A stretch of 64,000 nucleotides of DNA from Octopus sinensis (Eukaryota): the NCBI RefSeq assembly GCF_006345805.1, contig NC_043022.1:11532001-11596000 (forward strand). Reading direction: 5' to 3'. The notes under the pieces were generated by a model. That model was not told the DNA's origin. It was given only the letters and a program-made list of their open reading frames with translations, and ran no database searches. This document shows, piece after piece, positions 27,236-38,878 of this stretch (positions are counted from its first letter, which is position 1; each line of letters begins with the position of its first letter). The translations under genes were made by a program, and so were the position numbers.

Positions 27236-28915
27236 GATACAGTTAAGTTTGCACCAAGTCCATCCTTTCAAGATCGAAATAACTATGAGTTTAGAAATGC
27301 TGATCACTAGGTAAAGAAAATTTAGATTAATTCGATTGGCTATTGGTTTGAAATTTAAATCACAAAAGAAAATTATACGGTTGGTTAGTCAAGGAACGCC
27401 AATATTCACACACGCATCTACAGATCAATCGCACATACACACATAGTTATATGTATATACATACACTTATACACATACATAATCACAAGCAACAACTAGC
27501 ACATAGATAAACAAAAAGGGAAGCAACTATGCTACCATTTAGTCCTTCAAAATTATAACTGTGCCTCAAATAACGAAAAAGAACCACCCATGCATTTCAT
27601 AAAATATTTAATTTAGATATAAATATATTTTTAAATATCAGTATGTTACTAAGTCAGATAATTATTTCATGGGTAACTTAAAATTTATAACACTGGTTTG
27701 TTGCATAGTAAACATACGGTTGTTAGATTTATCGTAAGTTTGTTATGATTCCAAGTACGCTAAATTATAAAATATAAAATATATATTAATTTATATATTA
27801 TAAATAAATCACTTATTTACTTAATAAATTTAATGCCATAATATACCAGTTTAGGCATTAAAAAATAGAAGGGGAAGTACTAATGTAAACGCTTATGAGA
27901 ACATCACAGAAATTTTTTAAAATTTATATTATAAATACTTAAGATAAAATGTGATAAGATAAATAAGAAGGAATAAATACGAAGGAATAAATACGGTTAT
28001 ACACATATTATAAGTACAAACCAGTATATATGTATTCATATATTATTAAAATTAAATAAAAATAAATGATAGATATGTATGTATAAAACTACCCTAGTAT
28101 AAGTAAATAAGTAAAAAATAAATAGATAACAAATTAGATGACTTGATATGTATGTAAACATCTACACTTAAATAGGCAAATAAATAAATAATTAGAAGAC
28201 TAAATGCAGAGATTGATAACATTACAATAAAATAAAATAAAAAATAAATAAAGTGAATATATATGTTATATTGTTGAAAGTAAATATGTATGGAAGGATA
28301 ATTTAAAGTACAGATCCAGAGGACTATAGATATAAACTAAATATATAAGGCTGGTAATATTTATAAAGCCAAATGTATGTAAATGAGAAAATGAAAAAAA
28401 TGAAAAAGGTTTATTAGTAAGTAGCATAAGATACAAATTAAGGTGAGTACAAAGAAAGACCAAATATACAATAAAAACCTTCCAAATAAACACATACAAA
28501 AAACCTATATTCTCAACCTAAACACACCAAACTCATAAAAGGCTCTCATATATTACATATACAATATCATTACATTATCTAGAGCTAGGTATCTAACCAA
28601 GATATACATATATACTATGCAATATACTATGCAATATTAGAAAACTTCAAAAATCACATATTACAAGGCAAATACCAAAATGAATATGTTATTTCGTGTC
28701 ATATTGCATTTCCCTTAAAAAACAAACAAAAACCCACATACAAAAAACAAGAAACAAATAATACTAGACACATCTATTATTATTATACAAATGTAGCTAT
28801 AAAAATTATAAAATTATAAATTTATAAGTTGTATACTTAAGAATTATAGAAGACCACAGGTATAGTTAGTTAAAGAAGGGAGTTAAAAAATTAATAATAG
28901 TGGAAGTGCTAAGTT

Positions 28916-29473
28916 CTATTTGAATCTAGAAAAGGTGAACGGTAGCCTATGAATGCAAAAGAAGTTTTTTTCATTAATGTTGTTAATAATTTGCCGACCC
29001 GCTTTAATAATGAAAAAAATTTCATTAATACATAGAGAGCATTTTTTATTTTTTCCATTATACACAGGTGCTGAAGTTAGTATTTTCCAGTTTAATCTAA
29101 AATCTAAGTTCTTACTTTTAAGTTCCCAAATGTATGCACTTAGCCCTGTAGAGTACATTCTATTTTTATTTCTAAAAGTATATCTGTGATAATTCAATCT
29201 TTGTTTTATGCTATTCATAGTTGCCCCGATATACACCCTACTACTCAATTGTGTATCTACAGTGCATTGGTAAACTACCTCCTTCCTGAGGCATTGATTA
29301 CCAAATACACATTTATTTTTGTTTCTGCTATTACAAAGATTAACAGAATGAGGAAATCTAAGATTGGTCTCCACCCCTATACTACCATTCACATTATAAG
29401 TGTTACAATTGTTATCATCATCCAAACCCAAAATCAACGAATGAGTTAATTTCACATTATCGGCTAATTGCAT
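28916..29473 (-). CDS. PLE GIY-YIG endonuclease domain (truncated ORF, no RT)
   Basis: CNSRNKNKCVFGNQCLRKEVVYQCTV...YIGAT...KQRLNYHRYTF...STGLSAYIWELK...WKIL...CSLCINE. The Cys-rich linker, VY..YIG..R..H and CxLC pattern resemble what I recall of Naiad-type PLEs; the clade assignment is uncertain. Confidence 0.8.
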   Translation of the reverse strand: MQLADNVKLTHSLILGLDDDNNCNTYNVNGSIGVETNLRFPHSVNLCNSRNKNKCVFGNQCLRKEVVYQCTVDTQLSSRVYIGATMNSIKQRLNYHRYTFRNKNRMYSTGLSAYIWELKSKNLDFRLNWKILTSAPVYNGKNKKCSLCINEIFFIIKAGRQIINNINEKNFFCIHRLPFTFSRFK

Positions 29474-29821
29474 ATTATATTTGAAATTTTTTACTTATAT
29501 CTCTTTATCTTTTTACTATTACTGTATATCTCATTTTGTATAATGCCTTTACTCATATGTAATGGTGTATTAAAGTATTGATTGGGTATCATCGGATAGT
29601 TGATGTTTTATTGATTTAAGTATGTTTCTCCATTCTCTAATTTTGTAGTATTAATTTACGGTAATATTATTACCTTTACCCATATAATACAATAGATGAA
29701 CTGATTGTTTGACAATTTTTAACATCTATGTATTAATCTTGTTGGGTACCTATCTGGCAGTATATTGGATATATATTATCCCATGGTGGGTTGAATTTTC
29801 AACCCCTATCTCATTTTATAA

Positions 29822-29860
<39 letters not shown>

Positions 29861-29943
29861 GTGTGTGTGTTTGTGTAATATGTATATGCCGCAAAACTTT
29901 TTATTGTGAATATCAAAAGATATTGTACTTAATATGATTTTAA

Positions 29944-30014
<71 letters not shown>

Positions 30015-30015
30015 C

Positions 30016-30120
<105 letters not shown>

Positions 30121-30566
30121 AGGTCTGATACAAACTATTGGCTATGCATGAGTTTTTCCATGTTATATGTTCTTGAAAAAACAATTTTCATATCAGTACA
30201 TATTTACTCAAAATGTAAACTTATAAATGTAATTCTTAGTTGTATAAAAACAAATTTTATTAAAAAATTACAGATTACATTTGCAATTTTCATAGTGAGG
30301 AAATATGTGCAGGCTTGGAGTTTGTTTTCTGTAGGTCAGAAACATGAAATAACCCATTTGTATTCAATAGTTTGTACTGCTGTGTATATATATATATATA
30401 TTTATATATGTACATTTATATACATATATATTCGCATTCATACCCACATATACACACAAACACACACTCACACATAGATATATATATATACATATACATT
30501 GATATATGTGTGGTTGCGTTGATAAAAATCTATATAAACATGTGTAATTCTTTATCTTCTTAATAG

Positions 30567-30694
30567 ATTCTTCACCTGGAAGCCGAGTTGGCTTAAACCT
30601 GCGCCAGCCTCTGTACTTGGGTGGAGTTGACCCACAATACAAAGTTGCTGATGGTACAAGCATCAGTACTGGTTTTGTCGGATGTATTGGAGAG
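30567..30694 (+). CDS. HSPG2: perlecan exon, LG2 (DSSPGSRVGLNLRQPLYLGGVDP...GFVGCIGE)
   Basis: Acceptor ttcttaatag|AT, donor GAG|gtaagt; 128 nt, phase 1-0; LYLGG and FxGCI LamG motifs. Confidence 0.95.
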
Positions 30695-31130
30695 GTAAGT
30701 TTCCCTTCTGCCCAATGAGAACAATATAAAACAGTTGAAGGTGACACTAATACTTGAACCTTCAATTGTCTCGTTATTCATTTCATATAAGTTTTCAGTT
30801 TGTTATTTTTTCATTCACCTTCAGTGATGTTTAGAACAACAACAACATGTGTTCCCCAGCAAGCATTTTGTGTGTTTGTGTGTGTGTGCCCCTGTTTAAA
30901 GATTTATGCATTATATAGTGGTTGGTGTTAGGAAGGGCTTCCAGCTGTAGAAACACTTCCAAATCAGACTAGAGCCTGGTGCAGCTTCCTGGCTTCCCAG
31001 ATCCCGGCTGAACTGTCCAACCCATGCTAGCAAAGAAAACGGACGTTAAATGATGATGATATATACATATATGTATGTGTGTATGTATATATGTGTGTGA
31101 GTGTATGTATAAATGTGTGTGTGTATACAT

Positions 31131-31625
31131 CTTTTGAATTGTTGTTGTGCAGTCCCTGTTCGATTGAGATGGTCAAGGAAGATAAATGAATCTGGAAAGC
31201 CAACTATTTCAGTAAGGTCATTCAGTTGCTTAATGAATATCCCAAATGCTTAATCATCAATGCAGACGGTGTTGGCTCCAGACAGATGCAGACCTGTATG
31301 TCACTCAGGGACCATGCAGTTGCCCTCATGGGTAAACACACAATGATAAGGAAGGTCATAAGATGTCATCTGGAACACAATGCAGCCCTTGAAATATTGT
31401 TACCACACATTAAGAACAATGTTTTGGTTTTGTGTTCACTTAGAGTAACTTGGTTGATATCAGGTACAGATTGACAAATAAGGTAAAAGTTTCTGCTTGT
31501 GTTGGTGCTGTAGCTCCTTGGGATGTGTTGATACCTGCTCAAAATACAGTTCTTGGCCCTTAAGAGACTTCTTTCTCCCAAGCTTTGTCTATCCCAGCAA
31601 AAATCTCCAGGGGTACTAGTGAAAT

Positions 31626-31629
<4 letters not shown>
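31131..31629 (+). pseudogene. RPLP0: processed pseudogene of 60S acidic ribosomal protein P0 (N-terminal half, with 5' UTR)
   Basis: Intronless [82 protein letters not shown]...PAQNTVLGP*ETSFSQAL.I..KISRGTSEIL, colinear with RPLP0 residues 1 to about 153. ATG at 31169; contains stops and frameshifts. Confidence 0.93.
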
Positions 31630-31677
<48 letters not shown>

Positions 31678-31766
31678 TTAATATTTGGGTGTATGTATAA
31701 ATATGTGTGTGTGTATATCTTTTAAATTGTTGTGGTGCAATCCCTGTTCCATTGAGATGGTCAAGT

Positions 31767-31808
<42 letters not shown>

Positions 31809-32039
31809 TACACACACGTGTAGATGTATGTATAAATTGATTTCAAATTTTGGCACAAAGCCAGCAATTTCGAGAGAGCGGGTATATTTACAGGTGTACA
31901 TATATATGTTGCTCCAGTTCACTCAGCTGAAAAGGAATAACCCTGTGATCATCTGGCATTCCATTCAGTTGGAATGTTGGGCTGTTCCTCCCTTAGCCAA
32001 CAGGGTGGAATTATTTGACATCTACAACAATGCGAGGAA

Positions 32040-32265
32040 TCACATTGTGGCTGATAGTGTACAACCACAGCTGATGGTTTGGTTTATACAGTGATGCAGT
32101 GACACACACACATGCAGTGCTTTGAAACTGAATCCAAGAGATTGCATGAAGAGAGGAGAAAATATTGTCCCCCTGCAGCTGTTGTTTGGGAGTCACCTTC
32201 TGTGCCACAGGATGTGCCGGTCTTATATTGGTCTTGTCAGGCACATCTACTCCCATAAGAATGAG
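32040..32265 (+). mobile_element. RTE-type LINE C-terminal fragment with terminal C2H2-like finger
   Basis: FETESKRLHEERRK ... CHRMCRSYIGLVRHIYSH matches the recalled RTE motifs FE..R..EEKR..RK and C.R.C.SRIGL.SH.R.H. Confidence 0.55.
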
Positions 32266-32759
32266 CTGGGGGCAGAAAAGAGGTTGAATGTCTTTGATTG
32301 ATGCTGTTATTATCTTTGACGAGCTGTCATAAGCAAAGCAAGTCTAGTAGCCTGTTACTTGAGAGTTTCTGCAGCACGTAGTTGGATCTTCTGATATCTC
32401 AGCTTGTGTACATATGCACATACGCATACATGCACACACACGTATTTATGCATGATGTTCTCAAGTGCCCTTTTACTCAGATTGTTAGATCTAAATATTA
32501 AGGGTCTTCATTGTACATGAGAATTAATTTAAGTAGTCCACTTAACTAAATGACATCATGTGGCATCTAATTTCATCTGCTTATGTAATTGTTCTCTCTC
32601 TCTCTCCCTCCCTTTGGGTTTAAATTTCTCCACTCTCTTTTTTCTTCCTCTACATCATGTTCTAATCTCTCCTCTTCCTCTGACATTTCCCAGTCCTCCT
32701 TACTCTCCCAGAGTGAATCACTCACTCACTAATTTTTCCTCTCCTCTTCATTCCATCAG

Positions 32760-32931
32760 CTTGAAGTCAATGACAGAGCAGTCCACTTAATCAAAGATGC
32801 CCAAGAAAGTTCCGATATCATCGACTGCGGTGAGAAACGTCCCTGTGACAGGAAGCCCTGCAAGAACAACGGCCTCTGTGAAGACATCTCGATTAGTGAA
32901 TACCTCTGTATCTGTGATCCACAATATTCAG
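32760..32931 (+). CDS. HSPG2: perlecan exon, end of LG2 plus EGF (LEVNDRAVHLIKD...CDRKPCKNNGLCEDISISEYLCICDPQYSG)
   Basis: Acceptor ccatcag|CTT, donor TCAG|gtcagt; 172 nt, phase 0-1; EGF cysteine spacing. Confidence 0.95.
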
Positions 32932-35560
32932 GTCAGTAGATTCTCCACTCAGACGTTTTCTCTTTTATATGTTTTAGTCATTGGACAATGGCCATGCTGG
33001 GGCATCGTTTTGAAGGATTTAGTCAAACAAATACCTGTACTTATTTTCTTTTTTAGTTTGGTACTAAGTTATGGGAATGTAAAGAAACCAATACTATTTG
33101 CCAAGTGGGGGACAAACACACACTCAGACACACATGTAATCAATGGGCTTCTTTCAGTTTCTGTCTACCAAATCCTCTCACAAAGCTTTGGTTGGCCCCA
33201 GGTGACACTTGTTCAAGGTGGTGGCATTCAGTGGGGCTGAACCCCAAACCATGAGCTTGAGGAGTAAACTTCTTATCACATAGTCACACCTGCAAATATG
33301 ATCATTCCCGAGTGTTTTATTTTTGCTTGTTTTTCTTTTTTCATTCTGTTTTTGTTTGTTTTTTATCTATCGGCTGAATCATTAGAGTATCTGACAAAAT
33401 ACTTTAGTTACAGTACTTTGTTCTGAGTTCAAATCCTGCCCAGTTCCAGTTTACTTTTCATATTTCACAAGTTGATTTGGTAAATACCAGTCATGTACTG
33501 GAAGAGGGATGGAACGTAATATTCCCCTGACCATGTAGCATTTAAAGTGGCCATATCAAGCACAAATATTCTACATGTTTTACATGATAAACAGCTGGAT
33601 CAAGCCTCTTATACCAACTCTACAATGTCAGTCTAAAAATCACATCATTGAAATCTCAAGGCCAGGAGATAATAGTTAATTAATTCAAAACAATGTGAAT
33701 AAATAAGCATTAGATTTGAAAGAGTAATCTGGATGCTAAAGGCTGTAAGCAATCCTACATGTGAAGTGAATTGTAATAGGAGACTAATTTTAAAATTATG
33801 ATTAAATCAGATAGAAACATGTTGGAAAAACATACCTTTTAGTATTACTGCCGTAGTGTAGCAAGTCATAATAAACCTTTATCGGCGGTAATATGACATC
33901 CTGGTCATGTTGGCCAAATAAGTATAATTGTTAGTTTCCCATTGGTTAAAATTACTGCCCATATTTGAATTCTAACTTTCGTCAAAGAGAAATCTTTCAT
34001 GAAATATGGTTCTTAGAATTCAAGTATGAGCAGTTATAAAAACCCTGATTTTTGGGAAATTAATCAGTGTTCGTTGGTCATCGCTCAATCCCATGACACT
34101 CACTCTCTTGAGATATTCGTTATTGCCATGCCAAGTCTCTTACCTAATTCAACAAGGCTATTTTGAATTGTTGTTTAAAACTCTTGTAGCTTAGTTATGA
34201 AAGAATTAGTTAATATGACAGTCTGCTTTTGACTTTAAAAAATGTACTGTAAATATTAAATGTTTGTAAATAAACTTAGTAAATAATTTCTTTTTCTTCA
34301 TTTTCTTCAACCTGTTGATGAAATTTATTTCTGCAACTATGAAACTGTTATTATAGCGATGAAAAAGAGCAAGCTTTATTATCTTCAACATTCATGCACG
34401 TTCAGCGTCTTGGGGTGTATAATTCACCGCAGCGTTTACGCAGCCTGAGTTAAGATTTGTGTATGGTGATAAATACTTACAATTAAGTTATAAGTGACAC
34501 ATTTATCACTATAGTGATAAATATTTATATTTATTATCTCTTCCAAGTGAAAACCATTATAAATTAATGACCTACCATTATACTGCTACTACTATGCTAC
34601 TAATACAGTACCACTATACTTGCAAGCTAAACTTATTCTTTGCACCCCTCTCTCTTTCTACACCTCCCTCCTTCACTGTTTTACCACACCTTCTTCAGGC
34701 CTTATGCTTTCACATCTGTTAAAAAAATAAATATTACTTTGTTCTAACAGAACATCCACATTTAAGTGGGGATAAATATTTACCTTGTGGTATTAATTCT
34801 ATCTCTGTCGCTAATATATATATTTTTAATAAGCTCACTGGCTAATTGCAACACCAGCGCCTGTTCTGGCACTGTTTTTATGTATATCATTGGTGGGGGG
34901 ATGAGTTGCTGCTATCTCTAGTAGTCAAGCATCCATCCTTAACAAAACCAAAGAAGGTTGAAATCACATGATCTGATGATCTCAGTACTGAAGATGGTGA
35001 GGAATCATCTCCCCACTTCAGATATCAATAAGTCTGCATTTTGTACCTAAAGCCACTAATGGAGTTTCTCTCACGGTATCTACCACAGTATAGTTTGTTC
35101 TAATGGAACATCCGCATAAATATTACCTCCACATTTGTATCTCTTCCTCTTGTCAACCCTCTCACCCCTTATTGTGCTGATGAAGGAAGCTTCTAAGTGG
35201 TCACTTGACTTACTAAAAGAAATAGCTGCAAAATCTCTCTCAGATCATGTGACCCTAGATATGTTGTATACTCTATCCGAGGAATAAAATGGTGTCATGA
35301 TCATAGGTTCAGTCAGAGTTGACCTGGGGCTAAACAACAGCAGCAACAACTGTGTCTCACTACCAGGTTGTGTGCAAACTGGGATTTATTTCCCTGGAAC
35401 ATCAGCTTGCTGGAATTCCCTGTCGCCAGCCAACATTTTTCCAGCAGATATTAATTTATCAATGATAACACTAAACATTAACTCTATTGAGCATAGGTCA
35501 TGAATATGTGATGAAAGAAAAAAACCTAATATTAATGAGTTTGATGAATATGGAAGATAA

Positions 35561-35600
35561 CACCAGACATGTTTCAGTCTTATTAGATTTCATCAGCAAA
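35561..35600 (-). ncRNA. degenerate minimal hammerhead motif (PLE-derived repeat)
   Basis: Minus strand reads CTGATGA-AATC TAATAA GACT-GAAA-CATG-TC. Stem II has one mismatch and stem I has decayed. Confidence 0.4.
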
Positions 35601-35819
35601 GCATAGAGAACCACTAAGCAGTGGACATGAATAGGCCTGAACAAATATTATAATTGAACAGAATTATGTATGTGTGTCTCTTCTGTTGATGTTAATATCT
35701 TTTGCTCCTATTTTCCTTTCTCCTAAATATTTATTCTTTACTAAGACTCTTGTTGATTGTCTTCCCTACCTAACCATTCTCCAATATAAGCTGTCTTGAA
35801 ACATCCTTTTCACTGATAC

Positions 35820-35877
<58 letters not shown>

Positions 35878-36149
35878 ACCTACCTACCTACTCAAACAAA
35901 GGTCCTCATCAAAAAGACTTCATCATTTTGCCAGAGGCAACCCAACTTTTCTCTAGTTCTGAACTGTTTGTACTCTCTAATTGATGACTTCTGATGCTCC
36001 TAAACTCTTTCTATCCTCACTGGTGGCAGGCATAGAAAGGTTATGAACACTCCTCTCTTCTTTTTCATCTTCAAACTAAATACTATAAAAAGTAAAATTA
36101 ACAAATATTTTTTTACTGATATTTTTAACCATATCTTTCTTTTTTATAG

Positions 36150-36281
36150 GAGAACGTTGTAAATCAAAGGTTGACATTTGCACCAATAACCCCTGTCAAA
36201 ATGCTGGCCTCTGCTCAGTTACCGGTGCTGGTTACCGCTGTGACTGTCAACTTGGTTTCATTGGTCTCAATTGTGAAAACG
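36150..36281 (+). CDS. HSPG2: perlecan exon, EGF (GERCKSKVDICTNNPCQNAGLCSVTGAGYRCDCQLGFIGLNCEN)
   Basis: Acceptor tttttatag|GA, donor AACG|gtaaag; 132 nt, phase 1-1. Confidence 0.95.
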
Positions 36282-37184
36282 GTAAAGCTAAAGTTTTTGT
36301 TGTTATTTATTATTTTTCAAAAAAAAAAAAAATTATTCGATTAATTCTGTCATTCGCTTTATTTTATCAAAAATGTATTTAGTATTCAGGATAATATATT
36401 CTAGGTATCCTTAATGAGCTCTGCATCACACATTAAAGATGGTAAATTTTCTTTATAATTATATATTTTTGTAGTATCATAATACCCAATCTCTCCTGCC
36501 CCAGAATATGGTCCCTCACAAATTTTCTCCCTACTCATGTCTTTCCACACTTGTTACTATTCTACAATGTTGTAGAACAAAGATGCTCTCAATTTTCTGA
36601 ACGTACACTGATTGAGCAAATATCCAAGAGGGAGGGTTTGTTTCACTAAATATCCTATAGATATACAATGCCTTCAAGATCTTTGCTTTACCATTGTTAG
36701 ATCCCATTACACAAAGACAAATTTTGGTGTCATAAACCCAACTGTGGCTCATTTGACTGCTAACTTAACTGAATGCTGGTCTGTGTAAAAACAACATAGT
36801 TTTGATATATTCATTGTGTTCGGCTGAGAGAGGGCAATAAATGGTCATTGATACTACTACCCTTATTACAAAACAAAGTTTGTTTCGTGGCTTTACTGAA
36901 CACAACACACTCCCACTAAGTCTTTGATGTACCACACCAAACCTCTATACACATATACATAAATATACATGTATACATATATATTGATATATTCTTACAC
37001 AAAGCCACAGCTACATATATACAGTCCTACCTAATATATATACACATACATTTATACATCAATATACACAAACACATACATATCCATATATTTATATACA
37101 TTTATGTCTACAATTGAAAAAATAAACTAATTATAAGTTAAATAACTATAAATACACAACACGTTCATTAAATAAATAAACGAG

Positions 37185-37800
37185 AACCTATCAAACTAAT
37201 GTAATCACTAACCAATCATTAAAATAGATTTATATATCTCATATTTTGTATAAGTAGTGTTACTGGCCTTGCGGCCCAGTGGATAAGGGTGGTAGGTAGG
37301 GAGTGTGATATGATTTTATTTTTTCTGTAAATGGAGAAGGGAGGTAAAAAAAAAAACACTGAATACTTTTACAAGGATTGAACCTTTGTCCAAGGGGTAT
37401 ATGTGTTGCTGTGTCCATGTCTTTACCCACAAGACCATTGAGACAACAACAATAACTAGTTTGAAAATTATATATTTAAACCTATCAAACTAATGTAATC
37501 ACTAACCAATCATTAAAATAGATTTAAGTATCTCATATTTTGTATAAGTAGTATTACTGGCCTTGTGGCCCAGTGGTTGGTGACAAACAAGACAGTGGGG
37601 TAGATAGAGGTGATATGATCTTATCTTATTTTTTCTGTAAATGGAGAAGGAGATGGGGGAAAAAAAAACACTGACTACTTTTACAAAGGTTGAACCTTTG
37701 TTAAAGAGGTTCATGTGTTGTGTCCATGACTTTACCCACAAGACCATTGAGACAACAGCAATTACTAGTGTGAAAATGATGTATTTAAACCTATCGAAAC
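37185..37800. repeat. about 300-bp tandem duplication (units start 37185, 37479, 37788); remnant of a third unit continues after the Gypsy insertion (41929-41997)
   Basis: aacctatcaaactaatgtaatc...gaccattgagacaa recurs with periods 294 and 309. Confidence 0.85.
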
Positions 37801-37840
37801 AAAAGAAAAAAAAACAATCAGTATGGGCCAAGACTGATCC

Positions 37841-38134
37841 TGTGGGATGACGTCAGCAGCTGGACATCAGCAGCCGGGTGCGTTGACCGGAAGCTGGGGC
37901 AACCGGAAGGGGTCAGCCGTCAGGCGTGCGCAGGGAGCGGGGAATTGCGCCCTTTCCAACGTGGGTCGTGCAGGTGACAAGACGTGTGAGGACGTCGCTA
38001 AGGGTTTGGGCTAGCAGCTGCTATCGTTAGTGTTCGGGTCGGGGCTGTGAGGAAGGACTAGTCATCACTGGAGGGTCTCCGTCACTAAGAAGAGAAGGTA
38101 GGTGCCTCTATATTCAACTCGCGCACCCACTACA
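37841..38134 (+). repeat. 5' LTR (294 bp, TGT...ACA)
   Basis: Direct repeat of 41636-41928. By-eye alignment shows about 15-16 substitutions and 1 indel (about 5% divergence). Confidence 0.97.
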
Positions 38135-38146
38135 AGCTATTTCGGC
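38135..38146 (+). promoter_or_regulatory. primer-binding-site position: AGCTATTTCGGC, the complement of tRNA-Phe(GAA) nt 1-12
   Basis: Directly abuts the 5' LTR and does not start with TGG. Its reverse complement GCCGAAATAGCT is the conserved 5' start of animal tRNA-Phe (recalled sequence). Confidence 0.75.
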
Positions 38147-38178
38147 TGTTCTTAAACATTTACATTTTTTTCAACACG

Positions 38179-38878
38179 ATGTCTGCAAAAATTAGGATCG
38201 CCAGTGACGTCGTCAGACCTTTTAATGGCGAAGGCGATGTAGTGGCCTGGATTCGTAAAATCAGGCTGGTGGCAAGACTGCAGGGCATAAGCGACGTGGC
38301 GAGTCTTATGGCGCTGTATTTGGAAGGGAGCGTGTTGACGCTCTACCTAGAGATGGATGAAGAGGAACAGCTCAGCAAGGAGAATATAGAGCGACGCTTG
38401 CGTGACGCCTACATGGAATGCGAGTACACAGCTTTTGCTAAGCTAGGTGCAATCAGGTGGACGGGAGGCCAAGTGGACGACTTTGCATCAGAAGTTAGAA
38501 GGCTAGCGACTCTGGCCGGGTTTGCCGGAGAAGGACTGGAGAGAGCAGCCCGACTGGCGTTCGTGAATGGGTTCCCCGACGATGTAGGGATTCACCTACA
38601 ACGACTGCCCGGGGTTAAAATGATGCCGTTGAGCGAACTTGTAGCTCAGGCTCGCGTGTTGACGAGACACTCTGGGCGGAAGGCGATAGCGATGGCGGTG
38701 ATGGAGGCGCGTAAAGACGGACGACGTCCCGAGAAAACCGCACATGGCACGGGACTGTACGCAGCCGGGGCCTGTTTGCTATCGATGCAGGCAGACAGGG
38801 CACATTGCCCGTGATTGCGACCAGGGAAACGAACGCGGGGAAGTTGCTGCCTCTCGAACTATCCCCTCAAACGAGTAG
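38179..38878 (+). pseudogene. gag: Gypsy gag, frameshifted at about 38735-38740; true C-terminus has CCHC knuckle(s)
   Basis: The ORF starts MSAKIRIASDVVRPFNGEGDVVAWIRK. In the +1 frame it continues PHMARDCTQPGPVCYRCRQTGHIARDCDQGNERGEVAASRTIPSNE* (TAG at 38876-38878). This gives one intact CX2CX4HX4C plus the second half of another knuckle. Confidence 0.88.

Larger units (their letters stand above)
26563..29651 (-). mobile_element. 5'-truncated Penelope-like element (GIY-YIG endonuclease, long AT-rich 3' UTR, hammerhead) bounded by 187-bp inverted repeats
   Basis: GIY-YIG ORF at 28916-29473, hammerhead motif at 26760-26863, and identical inverted arms at 26563-26749 and 29465-29651. Confidence 0.85.

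Noticed and set aside
32797-33240. 147-aa ORF MPKKVPISS...
   Set aside because: It is an alternative frame over the perlecan EGF exon that runs into a SINE.
38125-38222. Minus-strand hammerhead spanning the Gypsy PBS (CTGACGA ... GCCGAAATAGCT)
   Set aside because: The stem II base is C-C and stem I does not pair. The exact tRNA-Phe 5' complement explains the motif better.
38815-38817. Stop-codon readthrough or separate start between ORF 38179-38814 and ORF 38815-40056
   Set aside because: The last part of the first ORF is out of frame. The CCHC knuckle and the slippery site are in the +1 frame, so the TGA at 38812 results from an upstream indel.
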